A stretch of DNA of 49,389 nucleotides from an uncultured Spirochaetales bacterium (GTDB lineage Bacteria > Spirochaetota > Spirochaetia > Sphaerochaetales > Sphaerochaetaceae): contig CADCOT010000010.1 of NCBI GenBank assembly GCA_902803145.1, positions 1-49,389 on the forward strand, given 5' to 3'. A program made the position numbers and the translations under genes. The notes under the pieces were generated by a model, which searched no databases, had not been told where the DNA came from, and saw nothing but the letters and a program-made list of their open reading frames with translations. Every line of letters begins with the position of its first letter. The first letter of the stretch is position 1. Below, piece by piece: positions 8,748 to 17,527 of this stretch.

Positions 8748-9980
8748 TTACTTTGTCTGTGAGAGGAAGTTGTCGCCTCTGATAACGGCTCCGACTGTAA
8801 ACTCAGGAACAAATCCGTGAGGATCTGTTGTAATCTTTACAGATGCTGTTACATCAAGAGGAACTGTGTAGATTCCGGCTCTGATTGTAGGCTGTGCCTT
8901 CTCAATGATTGTAAGGAAGCTATCTCCATCCTCAATCTCAGAAATCAGACCATGAATACTAATATCTGCTCCGACTCTCCACCATGTTCCGAATTCAAGA
9001 GAAGCACTGAGACTTTCTGTAGATTCACCATCACTATATCTAATAACGTGCAGTCCACCATCAAGTGAAAGAGGAACATCTCCGGTCAAATCAAGTGTCA
9101 AGAATTCTCCAAGTGCAATATTTGCATTAACCCTGAAACCGAACAGAGGTTTATCGTAGAAATACAAGTTACTGTAACCTTCCAATCTGTTATCCAAATA
9201 GAAAGTTCCCTTAATATCAAATGTACCAACCTTAAACTCTGCAAGAGCCTCCAAGAGCCATCTGTCAAAGAGTTTGTGAAGAATTGAATCATCAAGCTTA
9301 CGAGCTGTATCTGTGGTCAGATAGAAGCCAACGTTGGCAAGACCGAACTGGAGTTTAGCACCAACTCTGGGAATAATGCGGTTATATGAGATACGAGAGC
9401 CACGCATGAAAACTCCCTGGCGCATGACAGAAGCTTCAGCCTCAACAAGACCAAGGTTTACCTTTATGTCTGCATACTGAACACTATTATATCTGTTAGA
9501 CAACGGATGCTTTAGGAAATCTGTTGAGTACAAATCAAGTTTAATAAGACCAAAGTCTGCCTTAAGCTGTGCTCTGTTTTGATAATCGTCTTTCATTACG
9601 TAATCAATGTCAAAATCACGTGAGCCCTTTCCTACCTCAAATTCAATCATATCTGTCTTGAATTCTATGGTGTCAATGTACTTAAGAATACTGGCTGTAG
9701 TTGTGTACATATCAGTTGTATCAAAAGTCAAAAGATAGTCAAAACCATGTGCATTGTCAGCATTGGGATCCCACTCTGCAAGAAGCCTTACAGTGAAGAA
9801 ATCTCCGTACACATAGGGCTTGAATTTGAAAACTGCTTTATTTGAACCCTCGAGTGACGGGTCATTTGTAAGATTGAATTCATAACTGATGTCTGATTCA
9901 ATTCCGTAATGCAAGCCATCTGCAAAAGCTGAGAAAGCAACTGCAGCAATGACCAAGATTACCAAAAAAGTTTTTTTCAT
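8748..9980 (-). CDS. Secreted protein of unknown function, possible outer-membrane beta-rich protein
   Basis: Signal peptide MKKTFLVILVIAAVAFSAFA. Alternating hydrophobic/polar pattern with many Y/F/G/D residues. It has its own promoter, a strong SD (AGGGAGGAG) and a terminator. Confidence 0.6.
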   Translation of the reverse strand: MKKTFLVILVIAAVAFSAFADGLHYGIESDISYEFNLTNDPSLEGSNKAVFKFKPYVYGDFFTVRLLAEWDPNADNAHGFDYLLTFDTTDMYTTTASILKYIDTIEFKTDMIEFEVGKGSRDFDIDYVMKDDYQNRAQLKADFGLIKLDLYSTDFLKHPLSNRYNSVQYADIKVNLGLVEAEASVMRQGVFMRGSRISYNRIIPRVGAKLQFGLANVGFYLTTDTARKLDDSILHKLFDRWLLEALAEFKVGTFDIKGTFYLDNRLEGYSNLYFYDKPLFGFRVNANIALGEFLTLDLTGDVPLSLDGGLHVIRYSDGESTESLSASLEFGTWWRVGADISIHGLISEIEDGDSFLTIIEKAQPTIRAGIYTVPLDVTASVKITTDPHGFVPEFTVGAVIRGDNFLSQTK

Positions 9981-10012
9981 AGGGCTCCTCCCTCTTTTAC
10001 TGTATATAAAAT

Positions 10013-10040
10013 ATTATACTTTTTGCTTATAAACAATCAA
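10013..10040 (-). promoter_or_regulatory. Sigma70-like promoter for the 410-aa protein gene
   Basis: On the minus strand, TTGATT, 16 nt, TATAAT. It lies about 30 nt upstream of the ATG at 9980. Confidence 0.5.
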
Positions 10041-10057
10041 AAACTGCCTTGCGTTAC

Positions 10058-10870
10058 TTATTTTTCGGTTATTTTTCCACAAAACCAATCTTTCAGAGAA
10101 CAAATGCGCTTCATAAAAGCACTTGGCAAATCAACCGTTGTGAACAAAACACGTACAGAAGGCTCTTGGTTATAGATTACCGCAAGTCCGGACACTATGA
10201 CACCTTCTTCAGTAAGTTCTGCATCAAGGTATAAGCGTAAAGCATTGGCATCCAAGCATTTAAAACCCATGTACTTAATTGGATTCACATTGCATATTTC
10301 AAGGAAAATCTCATCGTAGTAGCAGTAGTAGTTAATCTGATACAAATTTCCGCCAAATCTTGAATCCTTAAGCCAGGCATAACGTGTAAACTGTTGCGTT
10401 ACAGAATCCGAAACCGGATCGCTTGTTTTTTTCTTATTGTTTTTATCCACAACAAGATAAGCATCCGAGAAGAGAACTTCCGGTTTATCACCTGATCTGT
10501 GGGACAGATATGTAATTCCCTTTATAGTTGAGATAGCCTGTGCCATATTGAAGACAGAAAGATATTTCTGCTGTTCAGTCATATCCTTCATAGAATCTGG
10601 ATACGGAACAAATGAGGAGATGGCAACAGAGAAAGCATTTTCAAGGTTTTCTGTTCTGAATGCCAAATCCTGCATTATTGTATTTTCAGGCATTATCGCC
10701 CCTGTACTCTGTTCAAAGATTGTACTTGCCTCTTCATAGTCACCTGAAAGAAGCATTTCTATCTGCTGATCGTTCATTCTTGCCATAACTGTACGCATGG
10801 GCGAAAAAGCCCACAAAGGCAGACAGAGAGCAAAAACAAGGGCAATCAAAATAATCTTTTTAGTACGCAT
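10058..10870 (-). CDS. Secreted or lipid-anchored protein of unknown function
   Basis: N-terminal signal sequence MRTKKIILIALVFALCLPLWA with a possible loose lipobox (FALC). No recognisable enzymatic motif. It overlaps the upstream sugar-transferase stop by 11 nt. Confidence 0.6.
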   Translation of the reverse strand: MRTKKIILIALVFALCLPLWAFSPMRTVMARMNDQQIEMLLSGDYEEASTIFEQSTGAIMPENTIMQDLAFRTENLENAFSVAISSFVPYPDSMKDMTEQQKYLSVFNMAQAISTIKGITYLSHRSGDKPEVLFSDAYLVVDKNNKKKTSDPVSDSVTQQFTRYAWLKDSRFGGNLYQINYYCYYDEIFLEICNVNPIKYMGFKCLDANALRLYLDAELTEEGVIVSGLAVIYNQEPSVRVLFTTVDLPSAFMKRICSLKDWFCGKITEK

Positions 10871-12263
10871 TTCTGTTTATAAATCCTTTGAAGAACGTCA
10901 GAAAGACAATCCTCAAATCAAATGCAAAACTCCAGTTTTTGATGTAGTACAAATCATATTCTATACGCTTTACAAGCGATGTATTTCCTCTTAGTCCATT
11001 AACCTGTGCCCAACCTGAAATACCGGCTTTCATACGGTGTCTCATGTTGTATCCGGGAATCTCTTTCTCAAAGATCTCCTCAAGTTCAGGCCTTTCCGGA
11101 CGCGGTCCGATAAGACTCATTGATCCCTGAATTACATTGAAGAACTGCGGAATTTCATCAAGGCTTGTTCTTCTGAGGAACTTGCCAATTGCCGTCACTC
11201 TCGGATCATTTTCTTCTGTCCAGTGAGCGCCGCCCTTCTCCTTCATGTCAATTCTCATACTTCTGAACTTGAGCATTGTGAAAATCTTTCCGTCAATTGT
11301 CACACGCTTTTGTTTGTAGAAAACGGGACCGGGAGATGACAGTTTTACAAGCAAGGCCAACAGGAGGAAAAGCGGAGAAAGAATAACTACTGCAAGCGTA
11401 CAGGAAACAAGATCAAAGGCACGCTTGATAAACCATCTTCCGCTTGTCATGTTGAAGCTGTTTATCTCCAGCATGGGAATGTAATGGAAGGAACTGAAAC
11501 GGTTTCCAACATATGTTTTTGGAACTCTTGGGAGAGTGAAGACCCTTTCCTGAAGCAGTTCCATGCCTTCTCTGACAAGTTCAATTTCGCGGTTGTAATC
11601 AGTATCGCTGAAACTGATGACAACCATCTGAGCCTGTGAATCCTTTACAGCTTTGGCAAGCGATGCTGCGTTTATCTGCCTAAGCCCCTTTATCTGGTTA
11701 TCGGTTCCAAGATACTGGTAGTTAATCTTGAGTCTTGATGTTTCTCCACTCTCAATTACTGTGTTGTAGTAATCCCTGAGCCTCTCTCCGTTTCCTACAA
11801 GCAGAACATTTGTCTTAAAACGCCCTGTTTTGATCATCTTTGCAAACAGATTGTTGACAATGTAACGATCCAGTACCAGAAACAAAAACAGCATTACACC
11901 GAACATGAGAAGGTGCATACGGCTTATCTTGTAGTAGAAAACGTAGTAGTAAATTACAACGAAAGTCAGGAATACATAGATTGAAACATAGAACAAGCCG
12001 CCAATTTCTTTTCTCCACTGGCTAGTAAGACGAGCCTCATACATATGTGAACTGTTGAGGAAGAATATTCCGGAGAAAAGTGCAACAAGGCTGAGCATGC
12101 TGAACATCAGAGTTGATTCCTGAGAACCATCCTGAAGCACAAAGAAGCGCAGATAATATGAAACAAACCAAGCAAGAAGGATGGCAATACTGTCAAAGAA
12201 CAAGCGTGTTCTAAACTGAAACTTGCCAAATTCATTAGCTTTTCTTTGCTCTTTATGTTTCAT
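10860..12263 (-). CDS. Polyprenyl-phosphate glycosyl-1-phosphate transferase (WbaP/EpsB-type initiating enzyme)
   Basis: Bacterial sugar transferase C-terminal domain (RAFDL...PLFLL.ALLVKL.S.GPVFYKQ.R....G..F...KFRSM.....DPR.T..G.FLR..SLDE.PQ..NV..G.MSL.GPRP). Four N-terminal TM segments. Confidence 0.9.
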   Translation of the reverse strand: MKHKEQRKANEFGKFQFRTRLFFDSIAILLAWFVSYYLRFFVLQDGSQESTLMFSMLSLVALFSGIFFLNSSHMYEARLTSQWRKEIGGLFYVSIYVFLTFVVIYYYVFYYKISRMHLLMFGVMLFLFLVLDRYIVNNLFAKMIKTGRFKTNVLLVGNGERLRDYYNTVIESGETSRLKINYQYLGTDNQIKGLRQINAASLAKAVKDSQAQMVVISFSDTDYNREIELVREGMELLQERVFTLPRVPKTYVGNRFSSFHYIPMLEINSFNMTSGRWFIKRAFDLVSCTLAVVILSPLFLLLALLVKLSSPGPVFYKQKRVTIDGKIFTMLKFRSMRIDMKEKGGAHWTEENDPRVTAIGKFLRRTSLDEIPQFFNVIQGSMSLIGPRPERPELEEIFEKEIPGYNMRHRMKAGISGWAQVNGLRGNTSLVKRIEYDLYYIKNWSFAFDLRIVFLTFFKGFINRNAY

Positions 12264-12301
12264 GCCACAATTATAGAAAGATGTGGGACATCAGTCAAAC
12301 T

Positions 12302-13318
12302 TTAGAATAAACTATCATAATCATAATTATTAAAGAATTCCCATTCCTGATTACAATACTGATCAACATTATCGTTTGTAATCTGATATCTGCCTTCATG
12401 CATCCACTCAAGCATCTTTGTATTTACTGAGCCGTTGTAATGTCTGGGGTCAATGTAATTATCAAGATTCGTTATTAACTCTTCATTAAGGAAAAAAGAA
12501 AAGATTTTTATATTGTCGTAATTCAACAACTCCCTAATCAAAGCCTCTTCTGTTGCAAGATATGTATTAAGAGAACCCGAGTTGTTAAATTCATCAAACG
12601 TATAAATACTTACAGGAGAGAATATTATATAAAACGTTGTTTCAGGATTGTTCTTTACAAGATTTACTACATTATTTGATAAATTTTCCGTAACGGAACC
12701 ATTAATCCTTTGTCGAGTATTATTCCTTGCTGAACTGCGATTGTACTTACTATCCAAAACCGCCTTTCCTCCCGGTTCTCTATCATAGTAATAGGTGAAC
12801 AAGTCAAAAGAATCCGGTTCCATGCCAAACAGCGTTCTTACTACAACTTTTACTGAAGAAACAAACATATCAATATTCAGGATGTAGCGTACACCGTTTA
12901 AAGTGGTATTCTGTTCATCTGAAGAAGTATAGCCCTGTAAAAGGGCATAATAGTCCAAACACCATAAAACCATTTGAACATTATTGCCAGAACCTAGAGC
13001 GGCAGCAACATAGTCATGTTGTTTAGTCAAATAACTAGCCGCCTCTGCTAAATTAACGGATTTTACATTGAATATTTGGTCAAACTTAGATGTTTTAAAC
13101 CCAATTGCCATGGAATTTCCTGCAATCAAAGAATCATAAGTAAAATGCTCGGCAATCCCCATGTTCTGTTTCCCACTATCAAACAAAATATAAAAAAGGT
13201 TGCTGGAAGGAGCTCTGAATCTGAAACATGGATCTACTAAAAAAACAAGAAGAGCGCTTAAGCCAACAACACATACAATACAGAGAACAGAAATGAAAAA
13301 TAGCTTCTTGTAATTCAT
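12302..13318 (-). CDS. Membrane-anchored extracytoplasmic protein, DltD/SGNH-like partner of the MBOAT acyltransferase
   Basis: One N-terminal TM helix. Candidate block I (IAGNSMAIG) and C-terminal D..H block (IDPRHYNG) resembling DltD-type esterase/acyltransferases. It lies immediately downstream of the MBOAT gene. The call rests on motifs and context. Confidence 0.5.
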   Translation of the reverse strand: MNYKKLFFISVLCIVCVVGLSALLVFLVDPCFRFRAPSSNLFYILFDSGKQNMGIAEHFTYDSLIAGNSMAIGFKTSKFDQIFNVKSVNLAEAASYLTKQHDYVAAALGSGNNVQMVLWCLDYYALLQGYTSSDEQNTTLNGVRYILNIDMFVSSVKVVVRTLFGMEPDSFDLFTYYYDREPGGKAVLDSKYNRSSARNNTRQRINGSVTENLSNNVVNLVKNNPETTFYIIFSPVSIYTFDEFNNSGSLNTYLATEEALIRELLNYDNIKIFSFFLNEELITNLDNYIDPRHYNGSVNTKMLEWMHEGRYQITNDNVDQYCNQEWEFFNNYDYDSLF

Positions 13319-13325
13319 TTAACCC

Positions 13326-14714
13326 TCAATACATTACGTACAAAAAGACTCTTCCGCCGCTCATGGAAAGAACTCCGAACAGAAATAACAACGCTATAGC
13401 CAGAATTGTCTTGTAGTTTGATTTGCAACCGGAGACAATCTTTGTTGAATTGGGTGCCAAAAACAGAACAATAAATGTAACGACAAAATCTATTACAACC
13501 CATCCGATATTCTGCATAAGACCCTGAGGAAGAAGAATACTTATTGGAGCGTACTGAAGAGCAACCGTAATCGTCTGACTAATTCCACCGCTCATATCAA
13601 ATGAAAGAATAGTTCTGATTACCTCTATGGCATTATCTAAAGAAATAGCACGGAAGAATATCCAGGAGAAAACTACGAAAACCATGGTTAACATCCAACC
13701 TATAAGTTTTGGAAGCTTTGCAAGAGGCTTTTCAAAAATCCTGTATATGACCATGGCTAGCCCGTGAATGCAACCCCATACAATATAGTTCGCCCCACTT
13801 CCATGCCAGATTCCGCTTATAATGAAAACCACCATTATATTCAGATACATCCTGACTCTGCCCTTTCTGTTTCCACCAAGCGGAATGTAAATGTACTTAG
13901 TCAGAAATGATGTGAGAGAAATATGCCATCTTTTCCAGAAATCTCGGATAGAAACGGCTTTATAAGGCGAGTCAAAGTTCTCAGGAAGATCTATTCCCAA
14001 CAGTTTTCCAATTCCAATTGCCATATCACTGTAAGCACTGAAATCAAAATATATCTGAACAGCAAACGCAACTACAGAAATGAGGACAGAGATAGAATTT
14101 AACATATACGTCCATTCAAATCCAATATCCGCAACCTCGGCAAACCTATCTGCAATAAATATTTTTTTCACAAGCCCTATGGAGAACAGGTAAAGACCTT
14201 TGAACATTTTCTCCCAATCAGGATTTATGGTTTTATCGTTTTTACATTGAGAGAGAAACAACTGAGGCGGAGTAATCGGTCCCTGCATAAGTTTTGGAAA
14301 AAAGGTTTCGTAGAATAAGAAGTCAATAACAGTTACGTTTCTAAGTTCCTCATCGTTAATCATCTCCACTAGAAACGCAATGTTTTGGAATGTGTAGTAA
14401 CTTATTCCTAGTGGCAGAATCAGCCCATGGCCATACTTGTAGAAACATAGCAGAAGACAGTTCAGAACTACTCCGATTGTAACTATTCGTTTTCTGTTGG
14501 CCGATCTTTGAATCAGAAGCATCAGAACATAGTTAAAAACAATACTAATAGCGAAAACCCAAAGGTTGTGAAGACTTGAATATGCACAGAAGAACAAAGA
14601 TGAAACTATCAATAACAGTTTGGCAGCAATTGCGCTCCTCTTGCCGACTAAATAGTAAAGAAGTACAACAGCAGGAAGAAATATCAATGTAAAAGAATAA
14701 GTACTGAATGTCAT
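13326..14714 (-). CDS. MBOAT-family membrane O-acyltransferase (AlgI/DltB-like)
   Basis: Polytopic membrane protein with the MBOAT signature FW.RWHISL..F...YIYIPLGGNR and the conserved His in SGIWHG. Confidence 0.9.
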   Translation of the reverse strand: MTFSTYSFTLIFLPAVVLLYYLVGKRSAIAAKLLLIVSSLFFCAYSSLHNLWVFAISIVFNYVLMLLIQRSANRKRIVTIGVVLNCLLLCFYKYGHGLILPLGISYYTFQNIAFLVEMINDEELRNVTVIDFLFYETFFPKLMQGPITPPQLFLSQCKNDKTINPDWEKMFKGLYLFSIGLVKKIFIADRFAEVADIGFEWTYMLNSISVLISVVAFAVQIYFDFSAYSDMAIGIGKLLGIDLPENFDSPYKAVSIRDFWKRWHISLTSFLTKYIYIPLGGNRKGRVRMYLNIMVVFIISGIWHGSGANYIVWGCIHGLAMVIYRIFEKPLAKLPKLIGWMLTMVFVVFSWIFFRAISLDNAIEVIRTILSFDMSGGISQTITVALQYAPISILLPQGLMQNIGWVVIDFVVTFIVLFLAPNSTKIVSGCKSNYKTILAIALLFLFGVLSMSGGRVFLYVMY

Positions 14715-14718
14715 ATTT

Positions 14719-15636
14719 TTACTTCACCAAGAAATATAGACAAAAATGAGAAATCCACGCAGGGGCTGCCAGTAAAAGCTGAAGCAGATACAGAACAAAA
14801 CCGCCATGTACAAGATACGGATTTCCTTTTCTGTATTCTTTTGATGTAAGGAAAAAACCAAAGCAGTAAGGAAGAAGGCACTTAAGTCCTTTTGTCTGAT
14901 ACTTTTTTCTGTTTTCAAGCTGCCATCTGCAAGACCAAACCTTATTTATCACAGTTTGTCTGCTGATCTTTTGGTTTGAAAGATTGTTTCCTTCATCAAC
15001 GTAGTATTTTCTGATTATCAGGTTGCTATACCAGGATTTGTATTTCTCCTTCATGGGCTCCCAAACAACCCTTTCGGAAACAAATTTCACACCAACAGGT
15101 TCCGGAAAGCGCATACTACCTATTGCTGAAGCAGAAATTAGTGCAATTTTTTCTCCGCCAACTTGGAAGTCTGTCCTTGATGCTTCTTCTCTGCTTTGAG
15201 AATTAATGCCATCAGGATAAGGAAGTCCGACAATTTTGTCTGAATTTTGGGTAACACAGCGCCCTACATAGCACCAATAGTCTTTTCGCTTTTCCACAGG
15301 AACGTTATCCAGCAGTCCTACCAACTTCTCAATGCCGTCAGGAAACAGTTCATCATCAGAATCTAGCTGAACCAGGTATTCACCGTTGCAATGATTCCAG
15401 GCAACGTTTGTTGCTGTATGCTTTCCGCCGTTTTCTTTGTGATAGATATAAACAGGAAAAGAAACCTCTTTTGAATACTGCTCAAGTAACTGAAGAACAT
15501 TATCGGTAGAACCGTCATCCACAATAATGTGTTCCAAGTTCTTATATGTCTGAGCCTTCATTGAGTTGAATACACGATGAATCTTATCAGCACGGTTGTA
15601 GACACATGTGTATACACTTACCAGAGGATTATCCAT
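14719..15636 (-). CDS. Glycosyltransferase family 2
   Basis: VSVYTCVYNR...IIVDDGSTD...DSDDEL motifs and C-terminal TM segments. The track start at 15666 is TTG. ATG 15636 (MDNPLVSVY) is preferred and lies 4 nt after the upstream stop. Confidence 0.88.
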   Translation of the reverse strand: MDNPLVSVYTCVYNRADKIHRVFNSMKAQTYKNLEHIIVDDGSTDNVLQLLEQYSKEVSFPVYIYHKENGGKHTATNVAWNHCNGEYLVQLDSDDELFPDGIEKLVGLLDNVPVEKRKDYWCYVGRCVTQNSDKIVGLPYPDGINSQSREEASRTDFQVGGEKIALISASAIGSMRFPEPVGVKFVSERVVWEPMKEKYKSWYSNLIIRKYYVDEGNNLSNQKISRQTVINKVWSCRWQLENRKKYQTKGLKCLLPYCFGFFLTSKEYRKGNPYLVHGGFVLYLLQLLLAAPAWISHFCLYFLVK

Positions 15637-15640
15637 AACG

Positions 15641-17518
15641 TCAGTAGTAAATCCTGAATCCGACAATTGCCATGGCCGTTACATATGGAACCTGCCAGTT
15701 ACTATAATAACCTTCTACCTCACTTGTTCTGCCGGTATTGATCCAGCCGTTGGGATTGACGGGGTCATAGTCATAGTTGTAGTCAATAGCGTTATAAATT
15801 GGATTTCCATCTGGGTCTAAGAGCGGACTACGTGTTTTGGTATAGTCATAGTCTCTCTTCCATTCAGCAATTCCCTGAAGTCCGACAAATACAGAGAACG
15901 GAAAACCTTCAAACTGTTTTTCAAGAACAACAGAAACATCAAGAATATTGTTCCAAATATTATGGAAGAAATCCTTGTCAGCATAATCTCCAGCAACTGA
16001 TGCATCATAGTTCATCACAGTCAAAACAGTCGTTCCGTTTCTTTCACCCACCGGATAAACATCTACAGCGTACTGAGCACTTCTCATCTGGTCCTTAACT
16101 TTTACGTTAAGCGAATAGCCGTTGCCGAGTTGGGAATCAAATGAAAAAGCTATTTCAAGAGAATCCGGATTGAGAGGATAACCAATTAGCTTACCCTTGT
16201 TTACAAATGGAATCTGTATTGTTGTATTACCCCAAGGGTGCTCATTTGCAGACCAATTCCTGTGAGCACCATAGAATGGAGGAATATAAGTAAACTGGAT
16301 ATTCATTGTACTGAAAAGCCCAATTTTTGCAGGAAATGTTAATCCTAGTTGGTAGGCAAACATATTTCTTGCATGCTTAAAGAAGGTTTTGAGGTGAATA
16401 TCTCTGTCAAACTCTGCTATAGACATTCCTGCATAGACCTTCAGCGTGTTTGGGAAGACATAGGATAAATCAAAACCTGTAATAAGGTTGTCAAAATCTC
16501 CAAGATTGTCCTGAACGACTATATATACTGCAAGAGGATTGAGATATGAAAGTTCAAAACGCTTTCTCCAGACAAGAGATTCATACACTCCAAAGTCAAA
16601 ATGCCCTACTCTTAAATCCAGCCTGTGAGCTGAAAACATATTTCCAAATTCATCAGAATGCAGACCGTCTGAAGGCCACGTATAGCCATCAAAGGTATTC
16701 AATGCAAACTTCTGAAGCGGAGAATGAATTACAGAATACTCAATCCAATCTAAAGGACGTACATCAAATTCAAATGCCTCCATTGTGCTTCCGCCGGAAG
16801 ACAGTTGAAGATTAACAGCAGCAGGTCCCCATTCTCTCTTGATTGTACCCCATCTGAGATTGAGCCTGTTATCAAAGAAGGAAGCAGAGATTTCCGGCAT
16901 AGATGATACTCCCCAAACTATGCCCATATCATTATCAAGGTCTAGACCGCCCTTCATATATTTGGCATCGATATCAATTGGAAAATCAAGTGCGTTGTAA
17001 GCCCATGTATTAAGATTCTCTATATGCATACTGAAATTAATGTCAAATGAGAACAGATTAAACAAGTTTCCCATTACATAGGCTGTGGCTCTGTTTCTTG
17101 AATCAAGCAGCTTACGATCAAGTGTGTTGTATCCAACCTTATTAGTTGAAACAAACTTGGCGCCTATAGAAGCATTTGTGTCGTTGTTTCCGAATGAATA
17201 ACGTCCGGAATAAAGAACATCCTTAAATGAAGAAGTATTTGAAACACCATATGACTTTTCAAGTCTTGCAACAGTACTGTCAAGGAAGGCTTGCTCCTGC
17301 TGATTAAGAGCTTCAGTACTTCTGATAGCTGCCAAGAGATTAAGTATGAAATCCACGTTATAGGGCTTTATATAACTCTGAACGGGTATCAATCCCCTCA
17401 ATTCTGCTGATTCAATAATGTCATATGATGCATCATTAAGAGGGACAGAATGATGACTGTCTGCGAACACTGAAAAGGTTAATATCAATAAGCAAAATAA
17501 AACTAATATCTTCTTCAT
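15641..17518 (-). CDS. Signal-peptide outer-membrane protein, possibly capsule-assembly Wzi-like
   Basis: Signal peptide MKKILVLFCLLILTFSVFA. N-terminal LNDASYDIIESAELRGLIP resembles the Wzi N-terminal helix motif. LRWGTIKREWGPAAVNLQLSS resembles the Wzi WGPG..SL.LS motif. Ends in aromatic GFRIYY. Comparison by eye only. Confidence 0.45.
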   Translation of the reverse strand: MKKILVLFCLLILTFSVFADSHHSVPLNDASYDIIESAELRGLIPVQSYIKPYNVDFILNLLAAIRSTEALNQQEQAFLDSTVARLEKSYGVSNTSSFKDVLYSGRYSFGNNDTNASIGAKFVSTNKVGYNTLDRKLLDSRNRATAYVMGNLFNLFSFDINFSMHIENLNTWAYNALDFPIDIDAKYMKGGLDLDNDMGIVWGVSSMPEISASFFDNRLNLRWGTIKREWGPAAVNLQLSSGGSTMEAFEFDVRPLDWIEYSVIHSPLQKFALNTFDGYTWPSDGLHSDEFGNMFSAHRLDLRVGHFDFGVYESLVWRKRFELSYLNPLAVYIVVQDNLGDFDNLITGFDLSYVFPNTLKVYAGMSIAEFDRDIHLKTFFKHARNMFAYQLGLTFPAKIGLFSTMNIQFTYIPPFYGAHRNWSANEHPWGNTTIQIPFVNKGKLIGYPLNPDSLEIAFSFDSQLGNGYSLNVKVKDQMRSAQYAVDVYPVGERNGTTVLTVMNYDASVAGDYADKDFFHNIWNNILDVSVVLEKQFEGFPFSVFVGLQGIAEWKRDYDYTKTRSPLLDPDGNPIYNAIDYNYDYDPVNPNGWINTGRTSEVEGYYSNWQVPYVTAMAIVGFRIYY

Positions 17519-17527
17519 TGGTCTGAA

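Noticed and set aside
13315-13503. 62-aa minus-strand ORF overlapping the MBOAT 3' end
   Set aside because: It is in an alternative frame within the MBOAT coding region and has no independent support.
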